Positions 59,037 to 64,000 of a stretch of DNA of 64,000 nt are shown here, in pieces. The stretch spans positions 1,116,001-1,180,000 of the forward strand of contig OZ251227.1 in NCBI GenBank assembly GCA_965240325.2. Direction: 5' to 3'. This DNA comes from Rebecca billardiae RCC1528 (Eukaryota > Protista > Haptophyta). The notes under the pieces were generated by a model. That model was given only the letters and a program-made list of their open reading frames with translations. It made no database searches and was not told the origin of the DNA. Within the stretch, counting starts at the first letter, position 1, and each line of letters starts with the position of its first letter. The translations under genes and the position numbers were made by a program.

Positions 59037-60080
59037 TCACGCCTCGCCGCGCCGCCGACGGATCGTGTACGTGTCGTTCTCCGCGAGCAGCTGGCCGAGG
59101 TCGAAGGGCAGCTGGAGCGCCGCGCACAGCGCGCTCGACCGTGCGATGGCATCAGCAGTCGAAAGCCCGCTCGCCTGCGGCAGGGCGACAAACATGCTGT
59201 TGCGCGGCGTGGTGCGCACGATGTGCACCTCCGCAAACTGCGCGAGCAGCTGCTGCAGCACATTGCCCAACAGCACCAGCCTGCGGGCGCCCTTCGCCTC
59301 GAGGAAGACGTTCTGCACGAGCACGCCGCCCGGTGCGACAATGCGCCGCAGGTGCTGGATCGAGTCGTCCTTCACGAGCGTGCCGACGTCGAGATCACAC
59401 ATGACGATGCGGTAGGCCGCATCGTGCGCGCTCGCGATGAACTCGGCGCCATCGCCCTCGATGACCCGTGTCCGCCCCGCGGCACACTCGGCGACATCGA
59501 AGAATTCGCGCGCGGCGCTGATCACCGCCCACGAGATCTCGACCGCGTCAATCGTGCAGCCGGGCATCACGCGCCGCCAGAAGTGCACGAGCGAGCCACC
59601 ACCGAGGCCGATCATCAGCGCCGACAGGCTGCTCGCGCCATCAGCAGCCGCCGGCGCCGAGCGGCCGTCCACGCCAGCCAGCACAAGGCCAAGCACCGTG
59701 TACTTGGCATACGGCTTGTCGAAGTGCAGCGGGTCGAGCGCCCAGTCATCTGGCTGTCGGCGTGCGCGCGCGCGAGAGGTGACGGCCGCGGACACGCAGA
59801 GGGCAGCGGCAAATCCGACCGAAGCGCCTCGCGCGGCGAGCCCCGCGAGCAACCCAATCGACAGGCCCACCCACAACTGAGGCCACTCAGCCGCGGCTGC
59901 GCGCGTCCACAGCATGACGGTCTCCGGCGTGACGTTCGGCACGCCGAGGTGCATCGAGCGCAAGCGGCGTTCGGTGCCCGCCGCCTTGGTTCGCTGCTCA
60001 AGCACGTACACTGGCTCGAGCGGCGGCTTGGCGCCGTAGCACCGCAGAACGCGCCATGGCTCCTCGCCGCCGGTCGACAT
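59037..60080 (-). CDS. Class I SAM-dependent methyltransferase, spermidine-synthase/METTL13-C-terminal-like
   Basis: ALMIGLGGGSL (motif I), IDAVEIS..V..AAREFF, VIEGDGAEFI, YRIVMCD, PGGVLVQNV. Confidence 0.85.
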   Translation of the reverse strand: MSTGGEEPWRVLRCYGAKPPLEPVYVLEQRTKAAGTERRLRSMHLGVPNVTPETVMLWTRAAAAEWPQLWVGLSIGLLAGLAARGASVGFAAALCVSAAVTSRARARRQPDDWALDPLHFDKPYAKYTVLGLVLAGVDGRSAPAAADGASSLSALMIGLGGGSLVHFWRRVMPGCTIDAVEISWAVISAAREFFDVAECAAGRTRVIEGDGAEFIASAHDAAYRIVMCDLDVGTLVKDDSIQHLRRIVAPGGVLVQNVFLEAKGARRLVLLGNVLQQLLAQFAEVHIVRTTPRNSMFVALPQASGLSTADAIARSSALCAALQLPFDLGQLLAENDTYTIRRRRGEA

Positions 60081-60213
60081 TGAGGGCCGCGGCCAACCCG
60101 GTGGGCGAGCGAACGCCCACGACCCCGAGACCGGCCCCCGGACCGGGCCGGACTGGCGCCTCTACCAGTACTGCACACCTCAACAGGGAGGGACGAGAAT
60201 CACGAGATATATC

Positions 60214-61737
60214 ATGCGCGGCCCGCGGGTGCACCCTCCGCTCAGCGAGGCGGAGACGCTCGAGCTCTTCGTTCTGACGCGGAGCCTGGACGCGCTTGGC
60301 GCTGCCGAGGCGAACACTCGCGCGCAGCTCGGTCTCACCCGGTTCGGATCTCTCCTCGCCACGCCGCAGGTAGCGTTTTCGTGGTCGCCGATCGGTGACT
60401 GGCTCCTCAAGTGCTGCGCGCGCGCACGTGCAGAGACGTTGGACGGCGAGGCTATGAGCTTCCTTGCCTACGCGGCGTGGCACGCAAGCGATATGCTCAC
60501 GCCGCTCAGCATCTTGGCCGCGGCCTTCGACTGGCGTCAGAAGGACGTGCTGCTCGCGCTCGCGCTCGATGCGCATGCGCCCAGCTTCCGATCGCTGAAG
60601 GTCATTGGGTGGCTCATGGCGCACACGGCGCCGGGCTGCGCCGACGAACTTGCGCTCGCGCTCGCAGCCACGTGCGAGCGCCACGTGGGCTCGATGCTGC
60701 AGCAGCGCGAGCTCCATCGTGCCGCGGCCATCGAGCTGCTCGCCGAGCTGTGCATGCATGCGCCCGCGAGTGCCGAGCCTTTCGCGCCCGTCTTGCGCCG
60801 CGCCCTCCTCCTCGAGAGCGCGTGCGTGCGCGAGCTGGCCGTCGCGGCGGTGTCAGACGTGCTCTTCTCGCTAATCTCGCGCTCGTACGACGGGCCGCCG
60901 GCCCCGCCAGCCTCCGAGCTGGGAAGCATGTACGAACTACTCCGCTGGCTGCCCGGGCTGATGTGGGCGCCGACAGCCGCCATGCAGAAGGCTGCGGTGG
61001 TCGGCGTGACGCGCATCATCGTGCACACGGCGGAGCCGGCTTTCGCCGCCTCGCTTGAGCGCGCGGCGAATGAGGATACGTTTGGAGACCGTCTCCTCTT
61101 CAAGCTCGTCCTGCGCCACGTCGACGTGGGCGCGGCTGCGCCAACGTCGGGCGCTGACGAGCCAGGTGGCTGCAGCCGGATCGCGACGAGCCTGAGCTTT
61201 GAGGCCAACCAGGAGGTGCTGAAACTCATCGACAAGGCGCTCGAGGCCGTCGACGACGGCATGCTCGCCGACTGCGTCATATTCGTCGCGCTGAACGCCC
61301 TCGCGAACGGTGACATCGCGCCGAGCAGCCCCGACTGGGCCTCACGAAGCGGCGGCAAGTACAGGCGCTCGCTCAACGAGTTGATCCGCCGCGTGCGCTC
61401 GCCAGCGCTGTGCCAAGGTGTGCCCGAGTCGCTCGCGGACATGTGCTTCGAACACTTTGGTGTGGCACCGAGTCTGGGCTGCGTGCGCAGCTGGCTCGGC
61501 ATGCAGCAGCCGCACGGCGAGCGCGATCGTGGCGGTGGTGCTCGTGATCACGACGTTGATGGCTCCGGCACCATCACAGCCATGCGCACGCCCGGTGCCG
61601 TCACGACAGACTCCGAGGGCCACGCTGCAGAGCAACTCGCTGGCAGCCACGTGCAAGCACATGGATCGCCAGGCGCGCGGCCGCACGCGCCAAGTGCGCT
61701 GCCGTTCGCTCTCCGTTTCGATGAGTTTGACCTGTGA
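60214..61737 (+). CDS. Helical HEAT/ARM-repeat protein, resembling the Cnd3 (condensin CAP-G C-terminal) domain
   Basis: 507-aa ORF with protein-like composition; AAAIELLAELCMH..A..F...L.......VRELAVAAVSDVLF and Q.AAVVGVTRII resemble the Cnd3 pattern; family call tentative. Confidence 0.6.
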   Translation: MRGPRVHPPLSEAETLELFVLTRSLDALGAAEANTRAQLGLTRFGSLLATPQVAFSWSPIGDWLLKCCARARAETLDGEAMSFLAYAAWHASDMLTPLSILAAAFDWRQKDVLLALALDAHAPSFRSLKVIGWLMAHTAPGCADELALALAATCERHVGSMLQQRELHRAAAIELLAELCMHAPASAEPFAPVLRRALLLESACVRELAVAAVSDVLFSLISRSYDGPPAPPASELGSMYELLRWLPGLMWAPTAAMQKAAVVGVTRIIVHTAEPAFAASLERAANEDTFGDRLLFKLVLRHVDVGAAAPTSGADEPGGCSRIATSLSFEANQEVLKLIDKALEAVDDGMLADCVIFVALNALANGDIAPSSPDWASRSGGKYRRSLNELIRRVRSPALCQGVPESLADMCFEHFGVAPSLGCVRSWLGMQQPHGERDRGGGARDHDVDGSGTITAMRTPGAVTTDSEGHAAEQLAGSHVQAHGSPGARPHAPSALPFALRFDEFDL

Positions 61738-61991
61738 TCTGCCCGAAGTGTACGTGACGTGACACACCTACGACAGCATTGCACGCACCCATGCTATCTA
61801 TTGATAGCTACGTTGGGTACTTGTACCAAGGACACCCTTGCTTGTACAGTCGTTCGCCACCCGGATACGTACATTCTAGGCCTACTGGTACATTCCAATA
61901 CTGTATCGGACTCGAGCCGGCGACCGGACCGAGTCGCCTGGTCCCCGCGCTGGCAAAGGAAGCACCGACAGCCAAGCCCCCGACCGCCGCC

Positions 61992-62565
61992 ATGAGCGAG
62001 TCCGAGGGCCTCTCCTTCAAGGCGAAGGTCACCCTCGCGGTGGGCGGCATGCTCACGGCGCTGGCCATCGAGGCCTTGATGAAGCTGATCAAGCGGCTGA
62101 GTAAGCCAAAGGTGGAGGAGAAGACGTCGGCCACCAAGCAGGAAGGAGCTGCGCCCACGACAGCAGCCAAAGCGGGCGCTGCGGTGAAGGCACAGGTGTC
62201 GATCCAGTACTGCGGGTGCGTACCGCGCGTGCTCGCCGCAACGCAGCCGTCAGGTCAGGCCGACGTGCCCTCACCCCCTCTGCTCTGGGGCTGTCGCGTG
62301 CGCGTGCGTGCCCCGCAGAGGCTGAGGCTACGATCGCTACTACCGCGCTCTCAAGTCGGAGATCAACAACAAGTTTGGGGACTCCGTCGAGGTCACACCG
62401 CTGCGTGACCCCGGCAAGACGGGTAACTTTGAGGTCCGCCTCAAGGGCGCCACCGAGGAGCTCATCCACTCCAAGACGACTCGCAAGCAGGGCAAGTGCG
62501 AGTCGGAGGCGGAGATTGATGCAGTCCTCGATGCCATCGAGGCCTTCCTCGAGAAGTCGAAGTGA
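61992..62565 (+). CDS. Rdx/SelW-family selenoprotein (CxxU) with N-terminal hydrophobic anchor
   Basis: Exons 61992-62215 and 62319-62565. Splicing gives VSIQYC-G-G-U(TGA 62323-62325)-GYDRYY...GKTGNFEV...LIHSK...; downstream SECIS present. Confidence 0.92.
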
Positions 62566-62709
62566 GCGGCGATGCGCTCACCGCGGTGGTGTGAACTGAC
62601 CGCAGAAGCACGTTCCGTGCGACGGCGAGCCCGCAGCGACACCAGCCGCAGCACACGGCTGCTTGTGTGATCCCACTGCGCCACGCACGCTCTCCACCGA
62701 CATGCATGA

Positions 62710-62770
62710 GTACGATGTGACGGGTGCTCCACAAAACCACACCTCCGTGGTTGGTGCACCCCGAGAACCC
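62710..62770 (+). promoter_or_regulatory. SECIS element (type II, GUGA_AA_GA)
   Basis: GTGAC core at 62717-62721; helix GGGTGCTCCA (62722-31) pairs with TGGTGCACCC (62752-61); apical AAA; mini-stem ACCAC/GTGGT; closing CGAG; ~150 nt after the stop. Confidence 0.88.
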
Positions 62771-63656
62771 CGGCCCGCGGGCCTCCCGACTGGATCGAGC
62801 GCGGTCTTCGGGAGGCCTGCGCGCCAATGTGCTCAAGCGTGTTTGTGAAGACGTAGTCGTTGTGCTGACCTGACCGGTTGCCAGCCGACAGCTGAGCGGT
62901 GCTGCAGCCGTCTTTTTATTCGATCTGACTTATAGCTTATAATAATATGAATAATGATACTAATATTTATACTAATTCTATTATTTAAAGACACAATCTT
63001 CTGCTGCGTGACTTTTTTAAAAAAAAACTACTGCTATAGCTACTCTAGCTAGCTACGGCGGTATATTTATTTTTAAATTTAGCCTGATGATTGACCGCGG
63101 GTGGCCGGCGGGTTCACCGGTAGTCTAGATCGGAGTGCGGCACGACTCGCCACTCGGTGACTCCGAATATAAGCTCAGCGACGCCCGTACTACCGCGGGA
63201 GCCCTACTACGTTAACGTTATATATATATATATATAGTACTTAGTAGTACTGCTAGCTGCTGCATCAGAAAGGCAGAAAGCGAATTAACTACCCGGCAGC
63301 CGTCTGGCGCCTGCCGTGCCAGACTGACAGACTGTGTCCCATTATATTTAAAAAAATAATTAGACGGCGACGAATATATAGTAGTCTATTTGTATAGCGC
63401 CTACTACGCCCAAACTAACAAACTGTGTACTGACATAAAGCAGCTCGCAATGATGATATGCTTCATAGCTATTCATGCAGTATGATACACTCTCACAGCA
63501 GCCACCTGCTTATCACAGCTGACGCCAAATTCTCGCGGCCAACGCGGTGCGGCACTCTGGTGCGCGTCACGGGACAGGAGTCCGACGGCGCGGCGCTCAT
63601 TGATGACCGCATCCTGATCATGCAGCCCGAAGATGACGACATCGCATGGTCGGTGG

Positions 63657-64000
63657 CTACGACGCCCCCCCAGAATCGCCCATGCGAGTCGCGGGGTCGC
63701 ATCTCGCCCAAATCTCGCGCATGGCCACCTCGTCGTGCACAATGCCAACCGGGTCAACGTACAGCGATCGGCCGTCAGCCAATCGCATGTTGCCAAAAAG
63801 GCGCAGCGAGCCAGCGGGGCCCAGCTCGGCAAGTGAGACGTCATGCGATGCGATGCTCGCAAGGAACGACACCGTTGAGATTCGAACACGAGCATCTGGT
63901 AGCGCGTGGATCGATGTCACGTATGGCTTTGAAGCGACGTGCAGCATGGCGGTCGTCGTCACAGAGAAACCGACAACGGTGGCGATGAGCAATGCGCGTG
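63657..64000 (-). CDS. TMEM70-like mitochondrial membrane protein, 5' end outside window
   Basis: ...VVGFSVTTTAMLHVASKPYVTSIH...ISTVSFLA...LFGNM..DGRSLYVD resembles the TMEM70/TMEM186/TMEM223 family pattern; stop at 63657. Confidence 0.6.
   Translation of the reverse strand, partial: RALLIATVVGFSVTTTAMLHVASKPYVTSIHALPDARVRISTVSFLASIASHDVSLAELGPAGSLRLFGNMRLADGRSLYVDPVGIVHDEVAMREIWARCDPATRMGDSGGAS

Noticed and set aside
1-64000. tRNA, rRNA, telomeric repeats, prokaryotic operons or viral hallmark genes
   Set aside because: None recognisable by inspection; tRNAscan-SE/Infernal were not run.

Overview
Very GC-rich eukaryotic (algal/protist) genomic DNA with compact genes, short (~80-220 nt) GC-rich spliceosomal introns and a selenoprotein. 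This is consistent with a haptophyte such as a Pavlovales alga, but that is inference. Host genes in order: BEACH/neurobeachin-like protein (minus, partial); GRIP-domain golgin; DHHC palmitoyltransferase lacking most Zn ligands; GT77/XEG113-like glycosyltransferase; secreted LpqC/PHB-depolymerase-like esterase; trehalose-6-phosphate phosphatase; sterol desaturase/fatty acid hydroxylase; spermidine-synthase-like SAM methyltransferase; HEAT/Cnd3-like protein; Rdx/SelW-type selenoprotein with a SECIS; partial TMEM70-like gene. The main discovery is an apparently intact ~17.8 kb giant Mutator-like transposon (15353-33118, ~489-bp TIRs) with two convergent genes. One is a ~3,600-aa polyprotein joining a 2OG-Fe(II) dioxygenase domain, a MULE DDE transposase, SWIM and PHD-like fingers, an HhH motif and tandem OTU deubiquitinase domains (one dead, one intact). 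The other is a ~1,800-aa accessory protein. Both genes can start from the same first exon encoded within the TIRs. The window also holds several non-autonomous foldback elements, including a ~10.3 kb palindrome (39901-50225) with opposed 214-bp satellite arrays, and one 100-N assembly gap. All domain calls are by eye from motifs; no database searches were run.
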